A stretch of DNA of 64,000 nucleotides, from assembly GCA_905178155.1 (NCBI GenBank), contig CAJINV010000030.1, positions 111,727-175,726 on the forward strand, written 5' to 3'. The DNA comes from Amoebophrya sp. A120 (Eukaryota > Protista > Dinoflagellata). Shown in pieces: positions 44,816 to 57,500 of the stretch. Every line of letters begins with the position of its first letter. Within the stretch, counting starts at the first letter, position 1. The translations under genes were made by a program, and so were the position numbers. A model generated the notes under the pieces. That model had not been told where the DNA came from, made no database searches, and saw only the letters and a program-made list of their open reading frames with translations.

Positions 44816-47800
44816 TTGTTTGCATATTCTCTCTTGGCCATCAAGGTGGCGAAGCAGTACTCTCAACCCGATATCGGCGACCAAGCTGGAACCGCGGGAC
44901 CCCAGAAGCAGCTGTCGGCGGCTGAGATGCAGATTTTACTGCAGAACGCGTCCAAGAACGACTTCGACAAGGAACTGATGTACGCCCCCCGCGACGACCC
45001 GGTCGAAGGACCCTTCTACATCATCCATTCCAGTTCCGCGGCCGACGCCGACGACAACAAGGCGGACGCGGAGGACGTCGAAGACGAAATTGCTTGCTTT
45101 CCCGAGGGGCTTGCTCAGCGCCAGGCCAATAAGCTCAACGAAATGCACAGCAACAGGCTCGACCTCTTCAAGAAGCTCGTGCAGAATGTCGGCTGGGACA
45201 AAGACACCGCGAACATCTTCCCGCCGGGCACGACAGTGGCGGCGTCTGGGCAGCTCAACGAAGGCCTGCGGCTGCTTGTGTACAAGGAGTTGGAGAAGAT
45301 GAAGGAAGACATCGACAAGACGCATGCTGAGTACGCCGTTGCGAAAAACGACAAGGGTGATGTGCTCCGCGTTGTGAACGCGTTGGATTTCGTCGACAAG
45401 AAGAGCGTCGTGCTGGAGTCGTTTGCGATGTGGCTACCCCATGGAAAAACAATGCCCCCGCTCTGTGTAGGTAGTGAGCTTGGGGACTCTGCAAAACAGA
45501 TGACGCAGAAGCTTTTCAAGCTCCTGCTTTTCTTGGCGATAAATTTGTTGCTGTATTGTAAGGAAGTGCAAGTTACTTGTATTTAGCGTTTAGCTTTATT
45601 AGGTTTCGCAATGGCACCGACCAGTTACATCCAAAGCGTTGGACGCGGGTTCCATGGAGCACCTTTTGGTATTTCAGATTCTGTAAACAGGATAGTAAGG
45701 ACCCTACAATCCTGTTTGCAGCACCACTAGTGCTGGGGATATGCATTTGTAGATGTACTTGCAGATGGAGATGCAAATCTGGGGTGGGGGCGTTTTTGCT
45801 CAGGATATTGGCAGGCGCAGTGTCTTGTCCAGCTCTTCAAGCAGGACGAGGTTGCGAAGAAAGCCGGCGGTGATCAGGCGACCAAGTTCATGAACGACGT
45901 CGCGCAACTCGAGCAAGTAGTCCAGGAAATGACCCGCAATTTCGAGAAGCCGCAGGAGAAGATGCAGCAGTTGCAGCTGTTGCGGGATGAGGTGACCGCC
46001 GGGATCCAGACGTTCCTCTGCAACGACCCGAAGATGGTTACCACCATCGCCGAGCGGCGGCCGTTATTGCACCACTCCCCCCATGTATGAATTGCAAATG
46101 TGTCTGGATCTGGAAGAGTGCAGCTTGTGACGCTACATTGGGATTCTAGATAATAAAATCAGTATTGCGGTAGCAGCAAAAGGAGTGGTCGAATTTCGGC
46201 TACTCGGACAGGGCACTTGTCGTGCAGGATAGGCATCAAGGATCCCTCAGAAAATCTGTGATGCTACGACAGACATCATGGCTCATGCGAAACGTGCATG
46301 ACTACAGACTTGCACTCTTCCAGACCCAGACATATTTGCAATTGATGCGCCGTGATCGTCGCCAATTTGGTCACGCCGCATTCCGGGGATGTGATGTCGG
46401 GAAAAAAAACGAGTATCAAAGGCGGAAGCATGCCCCAACCATATGCGGAAGCATTTTTTACCTCTGTCGTGTATTCGCATGACAAGCAAAAAAGATTTTT
46501 CTTCGCATGAGCAATCCGTTCCAAATATGGTAAGGAGATGTTTTTCTGAAGGATAGCGTCGGAGTTTCGCAAAACTCTGGGCGAGCTATGTTGTGGGCAA
46601 GCGATTTTTTTTTCCAGTGAGTTAAAAACTTTGAATTCCTATCAAAAAAGGTGTGCTTTTGCTGCACAAAATGCGTGCGCGTCACAACCTATTTAGTTAT
46701 GAGCTCACGCATTACTGCAGTAACTAGGGCTAAAGCAAACTTGCTAGACAAATAGGTAATTTAAAGGCAGGACGAATCCACGACGCAGCTTGCCTTTAAG
46801 CGATCTAGTAGGTGCTGTCTAGCTACTTTGTGACATGCATACAGAACAGTACAGGTACACCATTATAGTTTCGAAACGCATTACAAAACAGCATGACTAT
46901 GTTGAGGCGTTTTCACCATCTAGTAAAACTTTTAATTCACCTGGAAAGAAAACTGCTTTCCTACACCATACGAGCTAGCGAAGGACTTTCCCTCCGAAGG
47001 CGACCCGAGTGTTCCAGATTTAACGCTGCTCCAGCGGTTGCCGCTCTTGTTCCGGGGCAACAAGTATCCATTGCAAACGTGTCCGGGCCTGGAATGGTGC
47101 AGGTTTGAACTTGTGATGCGAGTTGTAGACCAGACAAAATCTTGCCATGCAACAAAGCGCATTTTGTGATTTCTTCCATGCCGGAGCTTCTGGGTCATGC
47201 GAGAAAGCATGACTAAGTCCGCAAATTTCCAGACCCGGACATATTTGCAATGCTGCATAAGAGATCCGTTATTGCTGTCGCGGCCATCAAGCAGGTAAAG
47301 ATTCTGAAGACCGCATCCGAGTGCGAGGAAGCGGCGCGCTCGGGGTACTCCGATCCCGACTATGGAAGCAAGACGGTGCTCCAGTTATCCACGACAAAAG
47401 CACGTGTAAGTCCGCACCATATTCTTAAACCAAACACCAGGCAACTGATGCACTACCAGCGAAAAAAAAATCCTTATCATGATTGTTTTCTGATTTCTGA
47501 ATAAGAATATGATGCCATCTACATGCAGCTTTTCTTTTGGATAGAAGTATCTTGGTGCGAAGGACTACCAGTCGGCGATGAAGAAACCGATCTACGCGAT
47601 CGAATTCGAAAACACGGTAGTGCTCCGAAAACCGGTCCCGATGATATGCATTTGTAAAAGCATCGCTCTCGTGGCAATTGGAATCCTTGAGTGGCAGACG
47701 CGCACAGCTTACGCTGCTTGTGCGTGTTCTCATTGTCGCTCGTATTCGTTTCTGCATGAGAATATGGCTTGGCTTTTGATTCGGAGCAACAACAAACATG

Positions 47801-48105
47801 AATAGCAATTGCTGCGGTTTCGATGCCTTTTTGTTGCATAGATGGAACGTACCGGGAACGCGTTCCAAAACGTGCTGTGTGTGAAGCACCGTCCCGGTTG
47901 GGCCGAAGCCGCGATCGAGGAGGCGACCCGTGTGGCGTGGTCCGATGGGAAGGACGCCGAAGAAGATGCGAAATTGTCCGAGGAAGATGCGAGTGATGGT
48001 GATGAAGATCAAGACGCGAGATTGTCCGACGGAAATGAGCATGAACACGAATCCGACGAAGAAGAGTTTTGGGATGATGGTGTTGTCCCGATGGAGATCT
48101 GCTGA
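44816..48105 (+). CDS. Hypothetical multi-exon protein with acidic tail; possible ASCH/PUA-like C-terminal domain
   Basis: Frame joins across introners 45435, 46086, 47065, 47645; region 46410-46970 and the 5' end are unresolved, so this could be two genes. Confidence 0.55.
45435..45807. mobile_element. Introner, family D
   Basis: TSD gtggc/ttggc; junction MW|QAQ in frame. Confidence 0.88.
46086..46347. mobile_element. Introner, family B
   Basis: Long TIR tgcaaatgtgtctggatctggaagagtgca / tgcactcttccagacccagacatatttgca; right terminus TG. Confidence 0.9.
47065..47256. mobile_element. Introner, family B
   Basis: TSD acaag/ataag; junction GNK|RSV. Confidence 0.85.
47645..47840. mobile_element. 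Introner, family A-like
   Basis: TSD gatga/gatgg; junction VPM|ERT. Confidence 0.82.
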
Positions 48106-51063
48106 GTCGTGACGCAGTTGCTCTTGTAGTTTTGTGTTGTGTTCTTAATATCGGTTATTTTTCAATCACTGTAGAAACTTCGTTTAGTCCTGGTATAAGT
48201 GGCTCTCGACACGATAGAGAAATAGACAAATAACAGTGGCGGTCATTTATTGTCCCGCCCCGCGACCACTCGTGCTAGGTACTAGTACCAGTACTTTCTT
48301 CGAAGACAGAGATATCCACAGAGATGGCGCAACTTCAATTTGAAGACGGACACGAGAATGCAACTGTTTCTAGAATTCAACTAAAAATCTTTTATTTCTT
48401 TATTTATTTCTTTACGATAGAAGACGAAAGAGATATTGTCAGAAAAACCGACCGCAGTACGACGTATGCCACCTTCTACCGTTTTGCTGATATAAGGAGA
48501 AGAATTGCTGTGCGACTTTTGTTTTGATTGAGGTGGTGAAACCGCGCATAGTCGCCTTTTCTGTACCCTCACTCGAAGTCATATGGTCTTTTTGCACAAG
48601 CAACTTCCTATCCATCCCGAGCCAACGGTCTTTTTTGCACAAGCAACTTCCTGTTCCTACCCATATTGAGCCAAATAACTGAAGAGAATCGAATGTGGAC
48701 AGTTGAACAGAAATTATCAAGTATAATTTTGAGGACGAATTTTGAATACCGGAAGATATAAGATGCGACATTCTCGCAGCAAGTCCACGGAGCAAGTTTC
48801 TTTTTAGGTTTGCTCGAAAAGTAGAGGATTAGGCACCCAGCACAGGCAAATTCACTAAAAGCTCAAATTCCGTATCAAAAGTTTTGTGTCGCAATAGATG
48901 ATGTAGTTTTCATTTTGTATTTGATTGTAGGCAGAGAAGGAGAAAAAAGACAACTTTTTATAATACTACTTATGAAAAAAAAACTGAAACTACAACAGAA
49001 CGGAAGCGAACCGATTGCGCAATCCATTTCTTCGAAATTTCTTGCTACGTTACAAAATAACTTAGACTCACCAGTTTCAATGTTGTGGAAATTCTCAACA
49101 AAAGCAAAGCGCCAACTTGTGGTCCACACCTTCGCAGACTTTGTCGATCATGAAATACCACTAGAGAAGCAAGAAGTGTCAACTCCTGTTGCAGAAATGC
49201 TGCATTGTTGGATGTCGATGTTGTTGTGAGAAAAATAGTGCGTATACCAAGACGGTAAGGTCGCCTCTACTAGAATTTAGTATGCGTGGTTAAGAATTAG
49301 CTCATGAATAGCTCCAGCTGCACTCTTAAAGTTCTGGAGCGCCGCCCTGCAGCCGAGCCGAGCCGTAAAGTTCTGATCTGATACTATCTTCAACCTTGAT
49401 TGTGTGGGCCAGCTTTTGCTGCTTTACACTGCCGTTCGTTTTATCAACTAGTATAGCGTTGTCATTTCAACCGATACAAGAACTACAAGAATCCAGAGAC
49501 TTTTCGATCCAAGAAGTACAAGAAAACGGAAAGCGAAAGTTTTCTAGAGTGGCTGAACTTAACTATAACTTCCATCAGAAAAAATAAAAATCCGATAAAA
49601 ATCAAAAAAATCGTATGAAAAACCGTGGTGGGACGAACGAGTCCAGAAATGCTGTATGTCTTTCAATACATGGGCTTTTTGGCGGAAGAGGAGATGACTT
49701 TAAGAATGTGGTAGAGGACTTGAAAAGCGAAGAATTTGAAATCGAGAAAGGGCAAGAGCAGCACTACAGATCAAGGAATATGATCGGAACGGCAACAAAG
49801 TGCCTGCGACTGCGTGCATTGCGCATGACAAGTTTGACGCTTATTTTCAACTTTTTTCACTTCTGAAGCTCAGGGACAGGACAGGAAAGGAGCAGCCCCA
49901 CATAGAGGCATCGCACTGCGGCTGCGCAGTTTTTCTGTTTTTCGCATTACAGATTCGATGTTCTCCGTCGTCGTTGTACTTATGTGAGTGCCAAGGTCTT
50001 GCCCATTTTTTCTTAGATTGTGAAAGCGAGAATCTACAACGTCAAGTGTTCAAGAATACGCTAAGGCCCAACGGTATTGGTCGAGCGGTCGTTCGCTCGT
50101 TCGTTTATTCAGGGACGCCGCGTGGTCTGCGTTGTTTTCATGTAGTATCTTCTGCGGGCGCACGACTTTCCTGCTGCGTTGTTGATGAAGAGAATATACA
50201 GCTCCTGCTCGGACGTCATCAGTTTTTTTTTCTTTTTCGTGCCGCTCCGGTCCCGCTTGACACTTGCTTCTATCCACGGAAGATCATAAGTAGTTTCTGG
50301 CGTCTGTACAACTGGGTGTTTTTTTCGGCGATAGCTGCAAATCGTCCATCAGGCTCTCGAGGCTTTGGGGGCGAAGAGCGCCCGGAAAAAAAAACCATCC
50401 ATGGGCAGCATACAAATGCTGCGTTGAGACCCCCGCTCGTTCTCGTTGTCCCTCCACGACCAGGTTGTCCGCGTCGCGGCTCGCTCAGGCAAACGAAAAA
50501 TCTCTATCATCAGACTTCACCCGTGCCGACGACAGGCACAAGTCCTTTCGCATCTCTCCGTCACAAATTTAGATTTCCGCAAACCACGAGTTTTCGATTG
50601 AAATCACACGGAGTGCTGCTACCAAGAAACGGAAATGAACGACGGCAACATCTTTGTTCGAGAAGATGCAGACGGAAGGTGTCAAGTCCGGAAATCGTGG
50701 ACGTCCGGCACGTACGGTCGCGATGAGCATTACAAAATCGTGAAAACGTGATCGGCACATGAAAAGTCTCTTCGCAACATGTTGAGCCCCTTCCTGCAGT
50801 GTGGCCATTCCATTTTCGTTCCCTGATGATCAATCAGAAGAAAATCGCGAATTTAAATAAGAAGTCTTTATTTCGCGAAAAGCGTCATGTCTCCGATTTC
50901 AAACTCGTGTCGTCTGCTGGAACTGAGCACTGCAGTGAACAATTTGAAGCCATTTTTGTGTCTTGCATTCGTTTTTCAATCTCATAGTCGGGGCCGAGTC
51001 TTCCTTCTCATCGACGCTGGAACGCACGTCGACACGCCAGGAACCAAAATTGCAATTGCGCGA

Positions 51064-54000
51064 ATGGATGATGATGACGACGAAGGCTTACAATTCGAAC
51101 TCGTAGACAGCAGCGTCATTCGGCGATCCACGTGCCTTGGGAGCCAAGTTGATGCTGAAGTTGTTCCTGCGGAGTCTGCTTTGGCGACAATGTCGAAGTA
51201 TGACAGGCGGAGCCAGGTATTTCATTGAAATTTTGGAACGGCTTTGAGACTTGCTTTTTCGTTGATTATCTCAGCGAAAACGAAAGCGCTTGTCCAAACA
51301 GAATTTTTTTCTATTTGGACAAACTTATTTTCTTGAAGAGAATTTGCACTGTATGAATGTAGTCAAGCCAATATGTACAGGTGGGGCTTGCATAGAAATC
51401 ACAGCAAAGTGGAGATAACGACTTCAATTTGCCAGCAAAAATACAGTCTCAGTCGTCCAGATCTTTTCAATCGATACACCACAAAAGCGCTCAAAAGTAC
51501 CGCGACGCTCAAGCCAAGTAAGACCGAGTTAGCCGCTGGGGTCGCATATCGATCGCGCTCATCATTCGGGTCTGGAAAATTGCAAATTCTGTATAGCTAT
51601 CGATGCTGCCAGAAAGTAAATGCAGACAACAAAACTGTATGATGCAAAATTACAATTACGGGCAGCATTCCCTCCAGTTGTGCCAGTTGTATGTTGATGA
51701 GTCCAGTTTTTCAACAACACTCGCATCACGAATGGCAATGGAAATGGCATAATCATGGACTTTACGATTTTGCATATGTGAATTATTGATATTGTGAGAC
51801 TTCTTGCAGCCGAAGCCGTGATGGAAATCGTCCAAAAGGCCGGGCAAATTTCTGACGACTCGGAACTATTTGCACTGGATGTCACGGTGACGCTAGACAA
51901 ATCGGGCTCGTCACCAACAGCTACCCTCTTTCCGAACTGTGCGAACCCGAAGTGCAACGAGAATTTGATGAGCGACCTCAAACACTACCGCGTCGCACCA
52001 AACGCAGCTATCTTCTGCCAGAACTGCTGGGACGGAGGCTTCAAACACCACGACAAGTATCGCGACGTCCCCGTTCCACCCGCGCATTCCTTCCTAGAGA
52101 ACTTCATGCAAGAGGAGAGACGCTTGAAGGCGGAAAAAACCGAGGACGAGCAGGACGCAGCACCGCGCGTCGGTGGCCGCTTTCCGAAGCGCTGGGGTGC
52201 GATGTCGAAGCTCCACGAGGAACAGGACGGCTATCTCCTTTTCCGACTGCAAGAAAGCGAGAAATTTCACCTGGGTCGCGAACTAAAAGTGGAGCCCTTG
52301 CTGCGCGTCGATCCGGTCAAGGGGACGTTCGCGTTCTGCGCTCGAAAATACAAAATGAACGGGACAGGTGGTGACAAGGAATGGGAGGCAGAGCGGGACT
52401 TTTTCGCACGGGAGGTAGAAAATAACCAAACAAGCCACTCTGCTCTGATCGGCGTAATCGCGTCTAACGAGACCATCGACGGCATTCCGAGCATCCTCAC
52501 CACCGCGGTCATCTCCGCAACACAGGGACTACCGGCAGGCTGCAGTTTTCAAAAGGCGCTGGGTTTCTTCTTGTCTGGGTTCAACGGGTTGCAGTGGCTA
52601 CACCAGAAGGGCTACGTTCACCGTGATCTGAAGCCAGCAAATATGGGGATCGACGCAAAGAACTACCCTACCGATTTGGTGTGCAAACTAATGGACTTCG
52701 GCCACGCAGCAAAATACACTGACGGCGGCGATTTCTGCTGGACCTCGCTCGCAGACGCGCCATCAGTCTCCCCAGAGCAGACGCAGAAGTGGATGGCCGA
52801 CATTCTGAACTTGCAGCTTGGTCCAAATCCGCACCCAACTTCGGTTTTTCCTTTTTACGCGCTGGTCCAAGAGTTGGTGAAGGAACAAATTTCGACACCA
52901 CAGCGAAGGGACTACTGGGGTCTGGGGGTGTCCTATTTCACGATCGCGGTGTTCCACTTCGCCAGACACTTGAAGGTCATTCAGGACATCGAGAAGTTGC
53001 TTCAGAACGACCACCCATTCAAGGGCTTCGGGGTGGAGTACGCTTTGCCGTACTGGGAACGACACGGAGATAAATTCCGACTCCCCGATCCAGTAGAGCT
53101 CGTCGACCCCACGACCAATACAAAACAAGAAACGAATAACCCTCCACCCGAAGATGTTGAAGGCGCCCTAGGAATCGAGTATCCTGTGCAAAAGTATCGC
53201 ACTCGTACTAATTGCGTTTTTTATGCATTACAAATCTGGTCCCTAAGGCAAATCCGCATTACAAATTAAATTTGTAATGCTGAGCAAATTTGCAATGCAA
53301 TTCATACTAGTACTATGATACTTTTGCAGTTCATATCGAGAACGGAGACGCAAATGCAGTGATCGCAAAGGAGGACGAGGATGACATGCTGGGAAATTTC
53401 AAGTCCGGCAGCGACAGCAGCTTAGGTCCGCAAAAAAGTATGAAGAAGGTCCAGCGCGCCGCAGTGGCCCAGAAAATCCCAACTCATGGTGGTGCCAGTG
53501 ACAAAAGCAGCGCCCCTGCGTCGTCTCCCGACACCACGTCCAGTTCCGGGTTTCCTGCAAGCTCGTCCAACAGCACCGGAACCGGGGCCGGGTCATCCTC
53601 AACCACAACTGCCGGCGGGCACAAGGCAGAACTACTGTCAGCGGCACCAGCAGGGAATCCAGGAAGCTTTTTCGATGATAAGGATACGCAATGCAAAAGT
53701 GTCGTACTACTACAAATAGCATCACAAATTTCATCGTCAAGAAATAAGAAGTGGAGATTGTCATTCTGTTTCAGGTTTGAAAAGACAAAGAGATCTTTGA
53801 TGCTGCATGACTACAATGAAAATTTATACGAGTCGTCCGTGCGACGCTTTTGCAATGCGGGCATAAAGGATATCCAGTGCAGATACGTCTGGGTCTGGAA
53901 TATAGCAAAAATTGATGTCGTGCATGTTCTGCATGATCCAGGATTTCTGTGGTGTATGCCCCAGCATCACGACAGATTTTGTGATAACTTCCCGATGCCT

Positions 54001-54440
54001 ATACTGTATGAGACGTGCAAGTGCTCCCTTCGCGTATCAGAAACTGGACTACTATTGCTGGTAACGCAATACAGATTCTTGTAGACCCCATTTTGCATTC
54101 CATGCACCTGGAGGGCACAAGCCTCATACCATACCATCCAAAGTCAGCATCACAAGTCCCACCTTTCCAGACCCAGACAACATACTTGCAATGGATAAAG
54201 GATAAGCAGGAACAATTCGGCGGGGCGAAGAAGTCTGCCGCATCGAAGAAAACGCTAGGTCGACAACCTAAAATACTACCTGCGGGTAACGCTGATCAGG
54301 ACAAGCAGCCCGACTATGCAACCTACCCATTGCAATACCCATCTGCAGGCGGAATAAACATCGGGCAGCCAGAAGCAAAAGTGCGGCCCAGCAGAAGTGA
54401 AGGATTGCTTCTTGCCGCTCGAAGTGGTACTGTAGTGTGA
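51064..54440 (+). CDS. Ser/Thr protein kinase-like protein with a Cys-rich (CxxxxC...CxxC) pre-kinase segment
   Basis: HRDLKPAN catalytic loop, DFG, DYWGLG (subdomain IX-like); GT-AG intron 51217-51435; introners 51547, 53180, 53685, 53871. Confidence 0.85.
51547..51791. mobile_element. Degenerate family B introner
   Basis: Left end ...cgggtctggaaa; right TIR eroded; junction GVA|RLL in frame. Confidence 0.6.
53180..53335. mobile_element. Introner, family A
   Basis: Perfect TSD tcgag; close relative of the 11615 element. Confidence 0.95.
53685..53865. mobile_element. Introner, family A (first of tandem pair)
   Basis: Perfect TSD aagga. Confidence 0.92.
53871..54197. mobile_element. Introner, family B (second of tandem pair)
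   Basis: Perfect TSD aagga, left copy shared with the preceding element. Confidence 0.92.
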
Positions 54441-55574
54441 TAAGTGTCTATCTGCTTCTATTCCTGTGTTCGTATCCACCTTTGCTTGGAGTTACGGCAC
54501 CTGTGCCCAAGTTGTCTTCAGTCGTATTGTTGGTGAAAAACAAAAAGTAGATGAATTCGAAATATTTATGAAAACCTTCATTTGAGGTCGAGCGGGCAAA
54601 AAACCGGCCGTGGACCTCGGTCTGGATGCGTTAGACCACCTGAATGACCTCGGCGAAGACACCAATACCCAATCACAGAATCCGGGCCCGAGTGGGAAAG
54701 GAAAGAAGCGCAATGCGGCAGCGGCTAAGCAGTGGAAATAAGCGTGGGTCGTCAAACATTTTTCTTGCAGCAGCTCGTTATAGTTAATATCATAAGTAGC
54801 CAAGATCGTTTGCGGATTCGTAGACGAATCCGCAAATAAAGTGGGCGATCGAGGACACTTTTTCCCTCTTACAAAGCTAGTTAGCTTGGTGATCAAATCC
54901 AAGCAGGGTATGAAAAATCAATATCATCCTTGTCATGCATTTTGTAGTTTAAGAGCAAAACTAGTGCGTTTTTATATAGCTCATACCTAGATTTTTAGAC
55001 AGCTTTGAAATATATATACTTTTGTGCGCGATCGACCTTGTTTGCAACCAGTAGCACTAGCCGTAGCCGAAAAGCAGGAACATTGTTGCAATCCTTTCGA
55101 CGACCCACACGTATTTGCAGCCGTTCATATCCGAGTCGCAGGTCTCCTCGAAGCCGAAGGCGTTCATCCTGAAAGCAAGGAAGTCCAACGATATGGGCCG
55201 CTCAGCTGTTCTTGCAATCTCGTATATCACTTACAGCACCAGGAACAAGTAACTTTTTGCTTTCATGTACACAAAATTAGCCACCAAGGCGATGGCAGTC
55301 GAAACGTTTTTCCAACGCATTTGGAGTCGAAAGCAGGTCATGATTTTAGATGAGGCGACGTCTCGGCTCAATATCGTTGCCCCAATTCGATGAAGCTGTA
55401 CTACCTGCAAATTTTCATTGCCCCCACGTTGGGTCCATAAGGAGCACATCGCTGTCACAATTCTGCTTTGTTAATGGTCAGCATTGACGTCGTGTGAGAT
55501 TGAAACGCCTGAGCGGTCCATAATTCACGGGTCCGCCTCCTCTACATCTGAATCTGCCGCGAGCCCCGACTTAC

Positions 55575-55715
55575 TATCCTGTGCAAAATTTTCGCATTGG
55601 TACTAACACCAGTCACATCTTTTGCATAGAAGGAGAATCAGCAACACACAATCAAGTTGGGAAAATGTGTATAGGTCAATGACTACGTACAGATGTGATG
55701 TTTTTGCAATGCATA
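55575..55715. mobile_element. Introner, family A-like; host gene unresolved
   Basis: TSD cttac/cttgc; tatcctgtgcaaaa / tttttgcaatgcata. Confidence 0.82.
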
Positions 55716-57076
55716 CTTGCTCGACGACAGCAACCGCGATTCTGATTCGCTTTTCTTCGGTTCCAGCTCTGCTTATCAAGTGCACGCATGTCAAGGTCCT
55801 TGTCAGGGAAAGGCACAAGTGGTATTGCGCTAGCGTGCCCACTTGAATGTAATATATCGATCGAAAACAATCTATGCAGTGTGTAAGCACGAAAAACAAA
55901 AGAAGCACGTGCGTCATCAATAATATAGATACGAATTACGCTAAAGTAGCTGCGCCACTGGTGCAACCTGCCGGCCACGGCGCACAATTGAGGGCTGTCT
56001 ACTGTGAAGAATCATTCAGGACAGACCTTGCAGAGGCCTCTGCGGTGCCTTCTAGTCATTCTAGGCACGGCTTCCGCATGGAGGTTCCCGAACGGTTGTT
56101 GCGGTGGGTGTACAGGTCTGCTCGAGCCCAAGATTGGTCTATGGTCAGAGACCTTTCTTCATGTTGATCGCGGCGAAGCACACATTGCGCTCCTGCCATT
56201 CCGGCTCGCTGTCCAATCACTTGGAAAAGGACCATGAGCAGCAACCTTGCTTCTTCATCGACTGAAAGCGCGGCTGCACTTTCCCTGATTCGAATCTGTA
56301 AGTGTGCAATGCATATTCTTCTGGCCAATTCCGGGAGCTCGAACTCCAAGGTGGACCCGAAATTGAAACATGCCGACAAGCCGTCTGCGGCACAGAATCC
56401 GCAGGTGCTACTTGGTGCACCCCCAAGGAGTGCGGCGTCTTCGTCGTCCACGAGCGTCTCCGGGAAGAAACCCCAACTACTCTCTGGCCCAGTCTCGGGA
56501 AGTGCTTCCTCTTCTTCTTCTGCCGACGTATCCCGACCTCCAAATACGGGCGGTACGAGCAAGATAATGGATACGGGCGATCAGGGCAGTAAAGCCGAAG
56601 AACGGGAAGACTCAGGTATGCCTCTTGATCAAAATGCCCGCACTCAGCAGCAATCAGCGCCATTTGCATGCAATGTTGTCCTCGTTGGAGATCGGGATGA
56701 GAGAGAACATTACAAAAGAAAGTCGAGGTAGGCGAAAGCTCGCTGTCATGCATTTGTCCCTCGACTCTCTTTCACGCTGTGAAGCTCTACTTACACTAGA
56801 TGCAGTTATGGACCTATCTGTAGATGCTCATGTTGTGGCAACGATTATATTTATACACTGAGTGCGATTTTTGATCCTGCATACCGAAGGAACGGAAGAG
56901 GAAAAAACAAGAGGCGAAAGCGGAAAGTTATCACTCTGGCAAAGCGCCTCCACCACGATTCGGAAAAAATTGGCATGCAAACTTTTTACAGTCTTGCATA
57001 ATTCATGTCTCTGCATCAAATGAGGAAATGCACTGCGCTGGCATGGGGCGATGCCGTATTGCAAGCCTGGCATGAA

Positions 57077-57338
57077 TATCAAATGTAAAAGTGTCTGGGT
57101 CTGGGAGAATGGAACTTGTCATGCTAAATCCGAATAATGCAAAAATCTGTGTTGCATGAGTGCCAAAAGCTGTCCACTTTCGACCAAGTTGGGAGGGAGT
57201 TTCTCATGCGGGATAGGCATGGCAGAGACCTCACAGACTCTGTCATGCTAGGTCCTGCATTCTAGGCCTCATGGGTCATGGAAAATCTGCATGACAAATC
57301 TCGCAATCTTCCAGACCCAGACACTTTTGCGCTTGATA
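57077..57338. mobile_element. Introner, family B; host frame unresolved
   Basis: Perfect TSD atgaa; aaaagtgtctgggtctgg / ccagacccagacactttt IR. Confidence 0.92.
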
Positions 57339-57500
57339 ATGAAGGGTCCCGCGCCGTGCACCAAATGACACGGCGCTCTTGATCATTACCATGCAGCCGG
57401 GCTGTGCAAGCCACCCACATTCCAGGAAGCGGGCAGGCATTCCTGCTTTGTATTTTATTGCTTCGGGCAAAGTAAAATTTTCTTTCTCGTTTTGAGCCAA

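Noticed and set aside
49800-50726. 308-aa ORF
   Set aside because: Non-ATG start, no motif, composition like intergenic DNA.
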